From assembly GCA_965243135.1 (NCBI GenBank), contig OZ251539.1, positions 4,608,001-4,672,000 of the forward strand: a stretch of 64,000 bases of DNA. The letters are read 5' to 3'. The DNA is from Alphaproteobacteria bacterium (GTDB lineage Bacteria > Pseudomonadota > Alphaproteobacteria > MPNO01 > UBA830). A program made the position numbers and the translations under genes. The notes below the pieces were generated by a model. That model was given only the letters and a program-made list of their open reading frames with translations. It was not told the DNA's origin and searched no databases. This document shows positions 19,319 through 29,763 of this stretch, piece after piece. How positions within the stretch are numbered: position 1 is the first letter of the stretch; each line of letters opens with the position of its first letter.

Positions 19319-20074
19319 TCAGTGCAGGTCCGCCCATACGCGCCGCTTGGCCACGTAGAGGAGGCCCGTCAGCAGCAAAAGGAAAAGGACCACCTTGACG
19401 CCCATGCGCTTGCGTTCTTCGAGTTCCGGCTCCGCGGCCCACGCGAGGAACGTCGTCACGTCGCGCGCCTGCTGCGCGACCGTCGCGCTGGTGCCGTCCG
19501 CGTACTCCACGCCATCGTCCGTCAACGGCGGCGGCATGGCGATCTGCTTGCCGGAGAAATAGGCGTTGTAACTCATGCCGTCCGGCAGCTGCATACCGGG
19601 CGGCGGTTCGGCATATCCCGTCAGCAGCGCGCTGAGGTAGTCCGCGCCGCCCAATCGCGCCTTGACGATCAGGGACAGGTCGGGAGGGAGCGCGCCGTTG
19701 TTGGCGGCGCGCGCCGCGTTGTCGTTCGGGAACGGCGACTGGAAGCGGTCCGACGGCTTGCCGGGCCGGTCGAACATTTCGCCCTCGTCGTCTGGGCCGT
19801 CCTGAACCTCGACTTCCGACGCGATCGCCTTGACCTCGTCTTCGGAGAATCCGATGTCCGTCAGGTTGCGGTAGGACACGAGCCTGAGGCCATGGCAGGC
19901 CGCGCAGACTTCCTTGTACACCGTGAAGCCCCGCCGAAGCGCACCCCGGTCGAAGGCGCCGAACAACCCGGAAAACGACCAGTGCTGCGCCGGCGCGGCG
20001 TCCCCCGCCGCCCGCGCGGGCGAGGCCGCGCAAAGCCCGATCGCGACGAGAACGATCCCGACGGTTTTCATCAT
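19319..20074 (-). CDS. petC: Cytochrome c1
   Basis: CAACH heme motif, [17 protein letters not shown]-terminal TM helix. Confidence 0.96.
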   Translation of the reverse strand: MMKTVGIVLVAIGLCAASPARAAGDAAPAQHWSFSGLFGAFDRGALRRGFTVYKEVCAACHGLRLVSYRNLTDIGFSEDEVKAIASEVEVQDGPDDEGEMFDRPGKPSDRFQSPFPNDNAARAANNGALPPDLSLIVKARLGGADYLSALLTGYAEPPPGMQLPDGMSYNAYFSGKQIAMPPPLTDDGVEYADGTSATVAQQARDVTTFLAWAAEPELEERKRMGVKVVLFLLLLTGLLYVAKRRVWADLH

Positions 20075-21363
20075 GCCTTCTCCGCCTCGTCGAGCACCGG
20101 CTTGGAGATGCTTTCCGGCACGGGCTTCGGCCTCTCGAAAATCCCCAGCAGCGGGACGATCGCCAGAAAATGGAGGAAGTAGTAGGCGGTCGCAATCCTG
20201 CCGATCAACACGAAATGACCCTCCGCGGGATTCGCGCCGACCCAGCCGAGCACGATGCAATCGAGCAGGAACACCCAGAAGAACTGGCGGTAGAGCGGAC
20301 GGAAACGCGACGACCTGACCGGCGAACGGTCCAGCCACGGAACCGCGAACAACACCGCTATCGCCCCGAACATCGCCAGGACGCCCGCCAGCTTGGCTTC
20401 GAAGACGACGAATCCCATCCAGTCCGTCACCCATGCGCCGACGAAGTTGTCGGGAACCGCGCGCAGAATCGCGTAGAACGGCAGGAAATACCATTCGGGC
20501 ACGATATGCGGCGGCGTCGACAGCGGATTGGCGGGAATGTAGTTGTCGGGTTCGCCGAAGAAATTGGGCGCGAAAAAAAGAAATCCCGCAAACAGGATCA
20601 GGAACACGCCCAAGCCGAACATGTCCTTGATCGTGTAGTAGGGATGGAACGGGATGACGTCCTGGCCGCCCTTGGTGTCGATGCCGACCGGGTTGTTGGA
20701 ACCGTGCACGTGCAACGCCCAGATATGCAGGACCACGACGCCGACGATCGCGAAAGGCAGCAGATAGTGCAAGCTGTAGAACCGGTTGAGCGTCGGATTG
20801 TCGACGGAGAAGCCGCCCCAGAGCAGGGTGACGATCCAGTCGCCGATCCCCCACGGGATGGCCGAGAACAGATTGGTGATCACCGTCGCGCCCCAGAAGC
20901 TCATCTGGCCCCAGGGGAGCACGTACCCCATGAAGGCGGTCGCCATCATCAGAAGCAGGATGACGACGCCGAGAATCCACAGCAATTCTCGCGGCGCCTT
21001 GTACGATCCGAAATACAGCCCGCGGAAAATGTGAATGTAGACCACGATGAAGAAAGCCGACGCGCCGTTCATGTGGATGTAGCGGATCAGCCAGCCGTAG
21101 TTGACGTCGCGCATGATGCGCTCGACCGAATCGAACGCGTGGTCCGTGTGCGGCGTGTAGTGCATGGCCAAGGCGATGCCGCTGACGATCATGACCACGA
21201 GCACGATGCCCGCGAGCGATCCGAAGTTCCACCAGTAGTTGAGATTCCTCGGCGTCGGATACTCGTAGAGCTCGTGGCTCATGAACGTGAAGACCGGCAG
21301 CCGGTGGTCGATCCATTTGACGAGGCCGCTGTCCAGCCACGCCGGTTTCCGGAACTCCGCCAT
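20071..21363 (-). CDS. petB: Cytochrome b
   Basis: [23 protein letters not shown]. Confidence 0.98.
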   Translation of the reverse strand: MAEFRKPAWLDSGLVKWIDHRLPVFTFMSHELYEYPTPRNLNYWWNFGSLAGIVLVVMIVSGIALAMHYTPHTDHAFDSVERIMRDVNYGWLIRYIHMNGASAFFIVVYIHIFRGLYFGSYKAPRELLWILGVVILLLMMATAFMGYVLPWGQMSFWGATVITNLFSAIPWGIGDWIVTLLWGGFSVDNPTLNRFYSLHYLLPFAIVGVVVLHIWALHVHGSNNPVGIDTKGGQDVIPFHPYYTIKDMFGLGVFLILFAGFLFFAPNFFGEPDNYIPANPLSTPPHIVPEWYFLPFYAILRAVPDNFVGAWVTDWMGFVVFEAKLAGVLAMFGAIAVLFAVPWLDRSPVRSSRFRPLYRQFFWVFLLDCIVLGWVGANPAEGHFVLIGRIATAYYFLHFLAIVPLLGIFERPKPVPESISKPVLDEAEKA

Positions 21364-21368
21364 GGCCG

Positions 21369-21908
21369 TCAACCAATCTTGACGACGTTGTCGTCGAGAA
21401 ACGTGTACGCCGGAACTTCGAGGTTGCGCGGCGCCGGGCCCTTGCGAATGCGGCCCGAGACGTCGTAGTGCGACCCGTGGCAAGGGCAGAACCAGCCGTT
21501 GAACTCGCCGCGCGCTTCGCCCTGCGACGTTCCGAGCGGGATGCAGCCGAGATGGGTGCAGACCCCGACGAGAATGAGCCACTCGGGCCGCTGCGCGCGC
21601 TCCTCGTCCGTCTCGGGATCGATCAGGTCGTCCCGGTCGGCGGCTTTCGCCTCCTCGACCTCCGCCTTGGTCCGATGCCGGATGAACACGGGCTTGCCGC
21701 GCCATTTCACCTTGATCGCCTGGCCTTCCTCGATTCCCGAGATGTCGACCTCGATCGAGGCGAGGGCGAGCGTGTCCGCGGCCGGATTCATCTGGTGGAT
21801 GAACGGCCAGGCGACCGCTCCGACGCCGATCGCTCCGATCGCGCCGGTCGTAAGCTGCAAGAAATCGCGCCGGGTTTCGCCGTCGCCGGCCGTCGCGGAT
21901 TCAGCCAT
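21369..21908 (-). CDS. petA: Ubiquinol-cytochrome c reductase Rieske subunit
   Basis: Tat motif RRDFL, CTHLGC, CPCHGS. Confidence 0.98.
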   Translation of the reverse strand: MAESATAGDGETRRDFLQLTTGAIGAIGVGAVAWPFIHQMNPAADTLALASIEVDISGIEEGQAIKVKWRGKPVFIRHRTKAEVEEAKAADRDDLIDPETDEERAQRPEWLILVGVCTHLGCIPLGTSQGEARGEFNGWFCPCHGSHYDVSGRIRKGPAPRNLEVPAYTFLDDNVVKIG

Positions 21909-22209
21909 GCTCCATACCTTTTCTCCGGTGCCGCGGCTTCGAAGGCACCTCTTTCGCAGATTGGTAACATGCGGCGGCGCACAGTGCATGCGGCGTATCG
22001 CCGCGGGCGCGCCAAGACGAGTCCACCAGCCTGACGGCGTAGCGGTATAGTCCATATTCCGGCGTCTGCAAAGCCTCGGCGGCCGGCGGAAATTTGCGCC
22101 GGCCGCAGGCGCGCTGTAATCCTCGCTCCATGCGCCGTTCGTTTGCCATGCCGCAGGGAGTCTTCCCGCGCCGCGCAATCCGCGAGCCGAACGCTCCCGG
22201 AGGACGCCA

Positions 22210-23049
22210 ATGACCGCGGCGGAAGAGCGGAAGCGGGCGGCCGAGAACTGGTTCCGCAGCCTCCGCGACGAGCTGTGCGCGGCTTTCGAGAAACTGGAGG
22301 ACGACGCGGCTCCGGACGGCGCGCCGGGCCGCTTCGTCCGCACCGCCTGGGAGCGGCCCGGCGGCGGCGGGGGCGCGATGTCGATCATGCGTGGCGGCGT
22401 GTTCGAGAAGGTCGGAGTCAACGTCTCGACCGTGCACGGCGCGTTTTCCGAAGAGTTCAGAAAGCAGATTCCCGGCGCGGAGGAGGATCCGCGCTTTTGG
22501 GCCTCGGGCGTTTCCGTGGTCGCGCACATGCGCTCGCCGTTCGTGCCCGCGGCGCACATGAACACCCGTTTCATCGTCACGACGAAGTCGTGGTTCGGCG
22601 GCGGCGCGGACCTTACCCCCGCCTATCCCGAGCCGGACGACGCGGCGGCGTTCCACGGAGCGCTCAAGGCCGCGTGCGACAAGCGCGACCCCGCCTATTA
22701 CCCGCGCTTCAGCGAGTGGTGCGACGAGTACTTCGACCTGCCGCACCGCGGCGAGAAGCGCGGGGTCGGCGGCATCTTCTACGACAATCTCGACACCGGA
22801 GACTGGGAAGCGGACTTCGCGTTCACCCGCGACGTCGGCAGCGCCTTCCTCGAAGCCTATCCCGGAATCGTGGCGCGGCGGATGCACGCTCCGTGGACCG
22901 CCGAACAACGCGAGCACCTCCTCGTCCGCCGCGGCCGTTACGTCGAGTTCAACCTTCTCTACGACCGCGGCACGGCCTTCGGACTCAGGACCGGCGGAAA
23001 TCCCGAGGCGATCCTGATGTCGCTGCCGCCCGAGGCGAAATGGCCGTAA
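22210..23049 (+). CDS. hemF: Oxygen-dependent coproporphyrinogen III oxidase
   Basis: [39 protein letters not shown]. Confidence 0.97.
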   Translation: MTAAEERKRAAENWFRSLRDELCAAFEKLEDDAAPDGAPGRFVRTAWERPGGGGGAMSIMRGGVFEKVGVNVSTVHGAFSEEFRKQIPGAEEDPRFWASGVSVVAHMRSPFVPAAHMNTRFIVTTKSWFGGGADLTPAYPEPDDAAAFHGALKAACDKRDPAYYPRFSEWCDEYFDLPHRGEKRGVGGIFYDNLDTGDWEADFAFTRDVGSAFLEAYPGIVARRMHAPWTAEQREHLLVRRGRYVEFNLLYDRGTAFGLRTGGNPEAILMSLPPEAKWP

Positions 23050-23062
23050 ACCGGGCCCGCCG

Positions 23063-24649
23063 TCAGGAAGCCTCGATCGCGAACCAACCTTCGCCTCCAT
23101 CGCGCGCGGCGACGGCCGTTTCCCGGAGTTCGCGGCGCAACACCTTGTTCGCCGCGTTGCGCGGAAACTTTTCGACGAAGGCGTAGGCTTTCGGCCGCTT
23201 GAATCGGGCGAGCGCCGAGGCCCGGCAATGGGCGTCGATCCGCCGCGCAAGCTCGCGGTCCGGCGACGCGCCTTCGGCCGGAATCACGCAGGCGGCGACC
23301 ATGCTTCCCCACCGCGCGTCCGGCATTCCGATAGCGCAGGCACCGGCGACCTCCGCGCAGCCGTCGAGAACGGCCTCGACCTCTTCCGGATGGACGCTTT
23401 CGCCGCCCGTGCGAATCATGTCGTCCACCCGCCCGACCAGGGTGACGTCGCCGTCCGCTCCCTGCACGAACACATCGCCCGTGAAGTACCAACCGCCGCG
23501 CAGTTTCTCCGCCGTCGCGTCGGGACGGCCCAGATATTCCGTGAACGCGGTGTCCACGGTCGCATCCACGATCAGTTCGCCTTCCTCCCCGATTTCCGCG
23601 AGGTCGCCGGGCCCGTCCCCTCCGAGCCGCGCGAGGCGGGTGCGCGAGTAATAGCCCGGTCGCAACGCGGCGTGCCGACCGACCGGATCCGGATGGTATA
23701 GCGAACACATCGTTTCGGTCGTGCCGTAGATGTGACGGACGACCCCGCCCCATTCCCGGTCGATGCGCTCGAGCAGGCCGGGATCGATCGCCGCGCCGCC
23801 GTAGAGCGTCAGCTCCATGGAAGCCATTTTCTCCGGAGCGTAGCCCGCGGACGACATCATCGCCTGAAACATCGTCGGTATGCAGAACGCATAGGTCAGC
23901 CGGTCGCGCGCGACCAGATCGACGGCGGCGGAAGGGTCGAACGCCGGCATGACGAAGTACGTTCCGTTGAACGCGAGCGTCACCAGGAAGAGGGCGTAGA
24001 ACCCGATGGCGTGGCTGAGCGGCATGCAGCCGAGGGTCCGGTTGTGCCCGCCGTGACGCAGTCCGACCTGGGCGGCGAGCCAGAGCAATCGCGGTTCGGT
24101 GGTCCGGTGAGCGAGAACCACGCCCTTGGGCAGGCCGGTCGTGCCCGAAGTGTGGAACACGAACGCGACGTCTTCCGCGCCGGGCCGCCGATACGGGCCG
24201 AGCGCTGCGCGGTCGCCGCGGCACTCCGCGAAATCCGTCGCCTGCTCCGTCGCGCCGCCAGCGGACCACACGGGCGCGGCTTCCGGGAAAACGGCGGCGA
24301 GGCGCCCGGAAAGGCTCGGGTCCGGCAGGACGACGGCCGCCTCGACTTCCGCGGCGGCGCACAGCGCGCCGATTTCTTCCGGCTTCATGCGGAAATTGAT
24401 CAGCACCGGCGCCGCGTTCAGCCGCATGAGGGCGAGCAGCGCGATGCAATGCTCCCGCGACCCCGGCAGGGCGGTCGCGACGCGGCTGCCGGGTCCGACG
24501 CCGCGGGCGGCGAAACCGGCCGCGACCGTCTCGATCTCGTCCGCCAGCTCGCCGTAGGAAAGCTCGCGGCCCGCGCCGCGGTCGACGATCGCCGGACGGT
24601 TCGGCGTGCGCTCGGCCGCGAGCCGGAAGATTTCGAAACCGGAATGCAT
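23063..24649 (-). CDS. Aryl-CoA ligase resembling 4-chlorobenzoate-CoA ligase (FcbA-like)
   Basis: TSGTTGLPKG, QVGLRHGGHNRTLGCMPLSHAIGF, IYGTTETMCSLY, GRVDDMI..GGE.VHP.EVE, PRNAANKVLR; start at 24649 or 24667. Confidence 0.8.
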   Translation of the reverse strand: MHSGFEIFRLAAERTPNRPAIVDRGAGRELSYGELADEIETVAAGFAARGVGPGSRVATALPGSREHCIALLALMRLNAAPVLINFRMKPEEIGALCAAAEVEAAVVLPDPSLSGRLAAVFPEAAPVWSAGGATEQATDFAECRGDRAALGPYRRPGAEDVAFVFHTSGTTGLPKGVVLAHRTTEPRLLWLAAQVGLRHGGHNRTLGCMPLSHAIGFYALFLVTLAFNGTYFVMPAFDPSAAVDLVARDRLTYAFCIPTMFQAMMSSAGYAPEKMASMELTLYGGAAIDPGLLERIDREWGGVVRHIYGTTETMCSLYHPDPVGRHAALRPGYYSRTRLARLGGDGPGDLAEIGEEGELIVDATVDTAFTEYLGRPDATAEKLRGGWYFTGDVFVQGADGDVTLVGRVDDMIRTGGESVHPEEVEAVLDGCAEVAGACAIGMPDARWGSMVAACVIPAEGASPDRELARRIDAHCRASALARFKRPKAYAFVEKFPRNAANKVLRRELRETAVAARDGGEGWFAIEAS

Positions 24650-24924
24650 GCCGCCCTCCCCTGGCATTCATGATTTGGCGGACAGGCGAACCGCGCCGCC
24701 GCCGCAAGCGGTCGTCGGTGCGCGATCATATGTTCTTGACGGCGAGAGACAACCGAACCTCGGCGCCGTCGGCCCGAGGCCGGAAATTCCCGGCGGCGGG
24801 CGCCGTCCGCGCCGCGGACGAGAGCGGACGCGGCGACGCGAAATCCGGCGGCGAAACCTGTGCGGAGCGCCGCGCTTCCGGTCGCCGCCGGTAGAGGGTA
24901 GTCTGCCGCCCGGGAGGAACCGCC

Positions 24925-26478
24925 ATGACGCAATCGGAGACCGGCCTGCGGTCGTGGATTGCGGCGCTCGAAGCGGCCGGCGAATTGCGGCGGGTGAAGG
25001 CGCGCGTGGACTGGGACGGAGAAATCGGCGCCGTGACGCGCGCCAATCTGGCTCTGGCCGGACCGGCGTTGCTGTTCGAGAACATCCGCGACCACGGCGA
25101 CACGCTGTGCACCCGCCTGATGACCTGCGGCCTGTCGACCCGGAAACGCGTCGCCATGATGGCGGGCCTTCCGCCGGACGCGTCCGACAAGGATCTGGTT
25201 CGGCACTTCAGGAACCGGTATCGGTCGCCGACGGCCCCTGTCGTGGTCGACGACGGGCCCGTGAAGGCGCATACGCTGCGCGACAACCAGATCGACCTCG
25301 GCCAGTTCCCGGCGCCGCGATGGCACGGCTCCGACGGCGGGCGCTACATCGATACGTTCTGCGGCGTCGTCACCCGCGACCCCGAGACCGGGCGCGAAAA
25401 CGTCGGCCTCTACCGCGGCATGGTGGCGGGGCGCAACCGGATCGCCAAGCTGATGGCGCCGACGCAGGGCTGGGGCGGGCATTTCGGAAAGCACCGCGAC
25501 GCCGGCGAGAGGATGCCGGTCGCGGTGGTGCACGGCTGGCACGACGCGCTGCCGTTCTGCGCCGGCAGCCCCTTTCCCCGCCGCGTCTGCGAGTGGGACA
25601 TGATGGGAGCGATTCTCGGAAAGCCCGTCGAGCTGGTGAAGTGCGAAACCGTCGATCTGCACGTCCCGGCGAGCGCCGAGTTCGTGATCGAGGGGCATAT
25701 CGATCCGGAGACTTCGGCGATGGAAGGCCCGTTCGCCGACTACCCGGGCCATCAGGGAGGCAAGCCGGCGCCCAGGCCGGTCCTGGAAATCGACTGCGTC
25801 ACCCATCGTGACGACCCGATCCTGCGGGGCGCGCTCGAGGGCGCGCGTCCGGGCCTTCCCAGCGAAGATTCGACCCTCTGCGCCTATTCGTGGTCGGCGA
25901 TCGCCTGGAACATGCTCGACGACGCCGGCGTGGACGGCGTCGTCGACGTCTGGATGCCGCCGGTCGTCACGGGCATGAGCGTCGTCGTCCAGGTTCGCAA
26001 GCGCTATCACGGGCATGCGCAGCAGGTCGCCTCCGCGTTGTGGGGATCGGCGGCCGGCCAGTGGTTTTTCAAGAACGTGACGGTCGTGGAGGAGGACATC
26101 GACCTCCGCGACCGCGAGGCGCTCGAATGGGCGATGGCGTTCCGGGTCAATGCCGGCGAGGGAGGAATCCAGACCTTCGGCCCGACCTTCGGATCCGTTC
26201 TCGACCCTTCGGTCAGAGTCGAGCACGCCGACATCGCCAAGTACGGAACGGGGCGCTGGACCCGCCTCCTGATTGACGCGACCCGCAACTGGACTTTCGA
26301 GCGCAACCCGGATTGGGCCGGCCGGCGCATGGCGCCTATCGCGGCGATGGATCCGGCGCTCGAGAGCAAGATCGCGAAACGCTGGAAAGAATACGGCATC
26401 GGCGTCGACTATCTCGACGAGGACATGCGCGAGCGCCTCACCCTCGAGAAGCTGCGGATGCGCCTGCCCGAGGCTTGA
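24925..26478 (+). CDS. UbiD family (prFMN-dependent) decarboxylase
   Basis: GPALLFENI, DGGRYI, NVGLYR, VPASAEFVIEG, EGPFADYPG, VVEEDID, IDAT; RBS GGAGG. Confidence 0.93.
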   Translation: MTQSETGLRSWIAALEAAGELRRVKARVDWDGEIGAVTRANLALAGPALLFENIRDHGDTLCTRLMTCGLSTRKRVAMMAGLPPDASDKDLVRHFRNRYRSPTAPVVVDDGPVKAHTLRDNQIDLGQFPAPRWHGSDGGRYIDTFCGVVTRDPETGRENVGLYRGMVAGRNRIAKLMAPTQGWGGHFGKHRDAGERMPVAVVHGWHDALPFCAGSPFPRRVCEWDMMGAILGKPVELVKCETVDLHVPASAEFVIEGHIDPETSAMEGPFADYPGHQGGKPAPRPVLEIDCVTHRDDPILRGALEGARPGLPSEDSTLCAYSWSAIAWNMLDDAGVDGVVDVWMPPVVTGMSVVVQVRKRYHGHAQQVASALWGSAAGQWFFKNVTVVEEDIDLRDREALEWAMAFRVNAGEGGIQTFGPTFGSVLDPSVRVEHADIAKYGTGRWTRLLIDATRNWTFERNPDWAGRRMAPIAAMDPALESKIAKRWKEYGIGVDYLDEDMRERLTLEKLRMRLPEA

Positions 26479-26589
26479 CGCGCCGCGGCGGCGTCAGGCC
26501 GCCGAGCCGCCGCCTTCGCTTTGCCGGTTGAACGCCGCGGACGGCAAACGATATGATCAAGCGTCATTCGCAGGAGGGGCAGCTGCGTC

Positions 26590-26870
26590 ATGCACACTTT
26601 CGCTATCGCCTTGAACGAGGCGAACCCGGACATCGTCGAACGCATCGAGGGGAAATACCCGGATCACTACCGGATCACCGACACGTTGTTCTTGGTCGCC
26701 GACGACGCCATAGCCGAAAAGGTGGCGACAACGGTCGGAATCAAGGGCGACGACCGCATCGAGAACGCGCGAGGCGTCGTGTTCAAGCTGAATGGCGCCT
26801 ATTCGGGCCATTCGTCGCGTTCTCTCTGGGTCTGGCTCACAGCCGCCGGAAAAAGGACCGCGACCTGGGA
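26590..26870 (+). CDS. Small hypothetical alpha/beta protein; reading frame continues to 27381, apparent stop lost
   Basis: TTGAAC-18 bp-TATGAT promoter and AGGAGG RBS upstream; ~90 aa protein-like segment ending SLWVWL, then non-protein-like read-through. Confidence 0.55.
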
Positions 26871-27094
26871 AGCGGGCAGCGATTTTCTGCCCAGACCCGA
26901 CGCCTCGGCAAATTCCTGCGGGGATAGGGGGGGGGGGCAACGAGACTCGGCTGGCAAGACTGGAGACCCGCACAGAATACCTTGCGACAAAGGAAGACGT
27001 CCAAAAGATCAAGGTTTGGGTTTTGATGGGCGCGCTCGCCGCCGCGGCGATCTGCGCTACCCTTGCGGTCGGGATCTTGAAACTATTGGGGTAG
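26792..27094 (+). CDS. Small coiled-coil plus TM protein (LATKED motif, DUF1640/CCDC90-like); true start uncertain
   Basis: GGGGNETRLARLETRTEYLATKEDVQKIKVWVLMGALAAAAICATLAVGILKLLG. Confidence 0.55.
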   Translation: MAPIRAIRRVLSGSGSQPPEKGPRPGKRAAIFCPDPTPRQIPAGIGGGGNETRLARLETRTEYLATKEDVQKIKVWVLMGALAAAAICATLAVGILKLLG

Positions 27095-28334
27095 CGGCGG
27101 CGCCCGCGCTCTTCCGTTCGACGATCTCGCGGAGCCGGCCGAGGCAGGCCTCGCGATCGGGACCGAAAGCCCGCGCGATCCACCAGTCCTCGACGGCTTC
27201 GAGAAACGCGCCCACGGCAGGCCCTTCGGAAACGCCCGCCTTCATCACGTCGCCGCCGAAGAGCGGAAACCGCGGCGGCGGATCGGCAGCCATGTCCGTC
27301 AGTTCCCGCCGGTCGCAGTCCGGCTCGGCGGCTCGTTCGAGCAACGCCACGTGGCGAAAGACCTCGGCGCCGAGCCGGTAAAGCAAACGCCGGGCGGACG
27401 CCGAAGGCATGCCGGGAAAAAGGACTCCCCGATGGGCGGCCAACGCATCGAGCAGATCCGCCTCGGCGCGCGACATGCGCATCCGCCTCGCGACCCATCG
27501 CGCGTCGCGCCGCGACAGCGGCGCCAGCGCCATAAGACGACGCACCGGTTCGGTTTCGAGGGACGCCGCGCGCTCGATCCGGGCAAGGTCGACGACCGTC
27601 CCCAAGCTGCGCGGACCCGGCAAAAGCCTGCCCAGCACGCCGGCCTCCTCCATAAGGTAGAGCGCCTGCCCGGGCGAAGGCGCCGCCAGGATCCGCCGCA
27701 TCTCGTACCACGCGCGTTCGCCCGACAGCGCGTCGAGGCGATCGGCCGCCGCCGCGCACGCGGCGATCGCTCTCTCTTCCGGCGGGCCGCGACCGAACCG
27801 CCCGTAAAACCGGAAATACCTCAGGATCCTGAGACAATCCTCCGCAATGCGGTCGGCCGGGTCGCCGACGAAACGCACCCGCCCTTTCTTGAGGTCCTCG
27901 ACTCCCCCGAAGTAGTCGTAAACGCGGCCGGCGCGATCGGCCGACAGCGCGTTGATGGTCAGATCGCGGCGCGCCGCATCTTCCTCCCAGTCCGCGGTGA
28001 AGCTCACCACCGCCCTGCGGCCGTCGGTCGCGACGTCTCGGCGCAGCGTCGTGATCTGAACGGCTTGCCCAAAACCCGGCGCCGCCGTGACGGTGCCGTG
28101 TTCGATGCCGGTCGGGATCGCCCTTATGCCCGCCTTCTTCAACAGGCCGAGAACGCGCGAAGGAACTGCGTTCGTGGCCAAATCGTAATCTTCGATCCGG
28201 CGGCCCGCTATGGCGTCGCGGACGCAGCCGCCGACGAGGCGCACCGCTGCGCCCTCCGCTTCCAGCGCATCGAATACCCGATGGACATCGCCGTCGAACG
28301 TCCATTTCACCGGCTCCGCGGCTAGTTCCGCCAC
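27057..28334 (-). CDS. cca: CCA tRNA nucleotidyltransferase
   Basis: VGGCVRD, DYDLAT, TGIEHGTVT, TTLRRD, EDAARRDLTINAL, EDCLRILRYFRF. Confidence 0.93.
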   Translation of the reverse strand: MAELAAEPVKWTFDGDVHRVFDALEAEGAAVRLVGGCVRDAIAGRRIEDYDLATNAVPSRVLGLLKKAGIRAIPTGIEHGTVTAAPGFGQAVQITTLRRDVATDGRRAVVSFTADWEEDAARRDLTINALSADRAGRVYDYFGGVEDLKKGRVRFVGDPADRIAEDCLRILRYFRFYGRFGRGPPEERAIAACAAAADRLDALSGERAWYEMRRILAAPSPGQALYLMEEAGVLGRLLPGPRSLGTVVDLARIERAASLETEPVRRLMALAPLSRRDARWVARRMRMSRAEADLLDALAAHRGVLFPGMPSASARRLLYRLGAEVFRHVALLERAAEPDCDRRELTDMAADPPPRFPLFGGDVMKAGVSEGPAVGAFLEAVEDWWIARAFGPDREACLGRLREIVERKSAGAAATPIVSRSRPQG

Positions 28335-28594
28335 TCGTGCGTCTCTACGTCGATCGGGCGATAGGGATCTTCCTTGAACATGTCGTGCACGAGCAGGAAC
28401 GTTCCGATCACCGCCATCATGAGAAGAACGGCCGCAAGCAGCAGGCGGCCTTTCGGCGCTTCGTCGAAATCCGGCGGCAACTGGTCGCCCGTCGCGGGAT
28501 CGATCCTGGGCGGCGCGACGAATATCCGCCAGAGATACCATGCCGCGTAGGGCGCGATCAGCGGCAAGACCACCAGGAGCAGCAGCCTGATCAC
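28322..28594 (-). CDS. Small two-TM membrane protein (DUF6111-like)
   Basis: Two hydrophobic segments; sits between the Nudix gene and cca with overlapping start and stop. Confidence 0.65.
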   Translation of the reverse strand: MIRLLLLVVLPLIAPYAAWYLWRIFVAPPRIDPATGDQLPPDFDEAPKGRLLLAAVLLMMAVIGTFLLVHDMFKEDPYRPIDVETHEWRN

Positions 28595-29181
28595 GGCGGA
28601 TCCAGCGCGTCGCACAGCGCGACGAGAAGCCGCGCCGTCAGGCCCCAGATATAGAAATCCCCGTAGGGCATCGCATGAAATCTCCTTTCGACGCCTTCCC
28701 GAAGCCGAACTTCGGTTCTGTGGTTGCCGCGATCGAGCACGAAGGCGAGGGGCACTTCGAACACGGCGTCCACCTCCCCGGCGGCCGGCCGCAGCTCGAA
28801 CGGCGGCCGCGCCAGCCCGACGACCGGCGTGACCCGGAATCCGGTGCCGGTGACTCGCCGGGCGAGACGGCCAAGGATCTCGATCCGTTCGCGGGCCAGG
28901 CCGACCTCCTCCTCGGTCTCGCGCAGCGCGGCGGCCTCTGGAGAGCCGTCGCCCCGCTCGATCTTGCCGCCCGGAAACGAGATCTGGCCGGCATGCTTTT
29001 CCAGATTCCGGGTCCGGCGAGTCAGCAGAATCGTCGCGCCTTCCGGTCGCGGCACGAGCGGCACGAGCACCGCAGCTTCGACAACCGGCGCGAGACCCGC
29101 CTCCGGCGTCTCGTCGAGAGCGACGTCCGCGCAGCGCAGCGCGGACGCGATCCGCTCGCGAAAGACGCAGCCGTCAGGCAT
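28591..29181 (-). CDS. CoA pyrophosphatase (Nudix, NudL/PCD1 family)
   Basis: AAVLVPL, LLTRR...HAGQISFPGG, ALRETEEEVG, IWGLTA. Confidence 0.93.
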   Translation of the reverse strand: MPDGCVFRERIASALRCADVALDETPEAGLAPVVEAAVLVPLVPRPEGATILLTRRTRNLEKHAGQISFPGGKIERGDGSPEAAALRETEEEVGLARERIEILGRLARRVTGTGFRVTPVVGLARPPFELRPAAGEVDAVFEVPLAFVLDRGNHRTEVRLREGVERRFHAMPYGDFYIWGLTARLLVALCDALDPP

Positions 29182-29728
29182 CGTCGAGCGCTCCGATCTC
29201 GAAGAACGCGCCGCCGCTCCAAACGCCCAGCGTCCGGCCGGACGATCCGGCCCGCTCCGCGCCGATCTCCACCAGATCGTAGAAGACCGAACGCGAGATC
29301 AGCGCTTCGAGGCCGTCCCGGACATGGACGTAGGGCGACGGCTCTCCCGTCGCCGCGTCGGTTTCCACGCGAATCGGATGGTCGCGGCCCGCCGCGACTT
29401 CCTCGTCCAGATTAGTCAGAAAAGCGACGATCTGGTCCCGGCCGCTCCCCTTGACGGTCATGCCGACGGCCGTGAACGGCGCGTCCTCGACCCGTATCCG
29501 GCACATCTCGGCCGGCGTGATCAACCAGAATTCGCCGGATTCGTCGCGCCGCAGCACGGACGCGAACAGACGGACGAGAGATTTTCGACCGATGGGCGAT
29601 CCCATGTAGTACCATGTCCCGTCGCGGGCGATCCGCATGTCGATGTCGCCGCACATCTGCGGACCGCCGGACCGCGGCCTGCGTTGTCCAAGCGAACGTT
29701 CGAGTTTATCAAGAGAGCCGACCTGCAT
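29174..29728 (-). CDS. DUF1285 family protein
   Basis: CGDIDMRIARDGTWYYMGSPI.R..LVRLFASVL, ITPAE, VEDAPF, PYVHVR. Confidence 0.9.
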   Translation of the reverse strand: MQVGSLDKLERSLGQRRPRSGGPQMCGDIDMRIARDGTWYYMGSPIGRKSLVRLFASVLRRDESGEFWLITPAEMCRIRVEDAPFTAVGMTVKGSGRDQIVAFLTNLDEEVAAGRDHPIRVETDAATGEPSPYVHVRDGLEALISRSVFYDLVEIGAERAGSSGRTLGVWSGGAFFEIGALDDA

Positions 29729-29763
29729 GAGATCAAGTTACTACCCCTGCACGGAGGTTTGAA

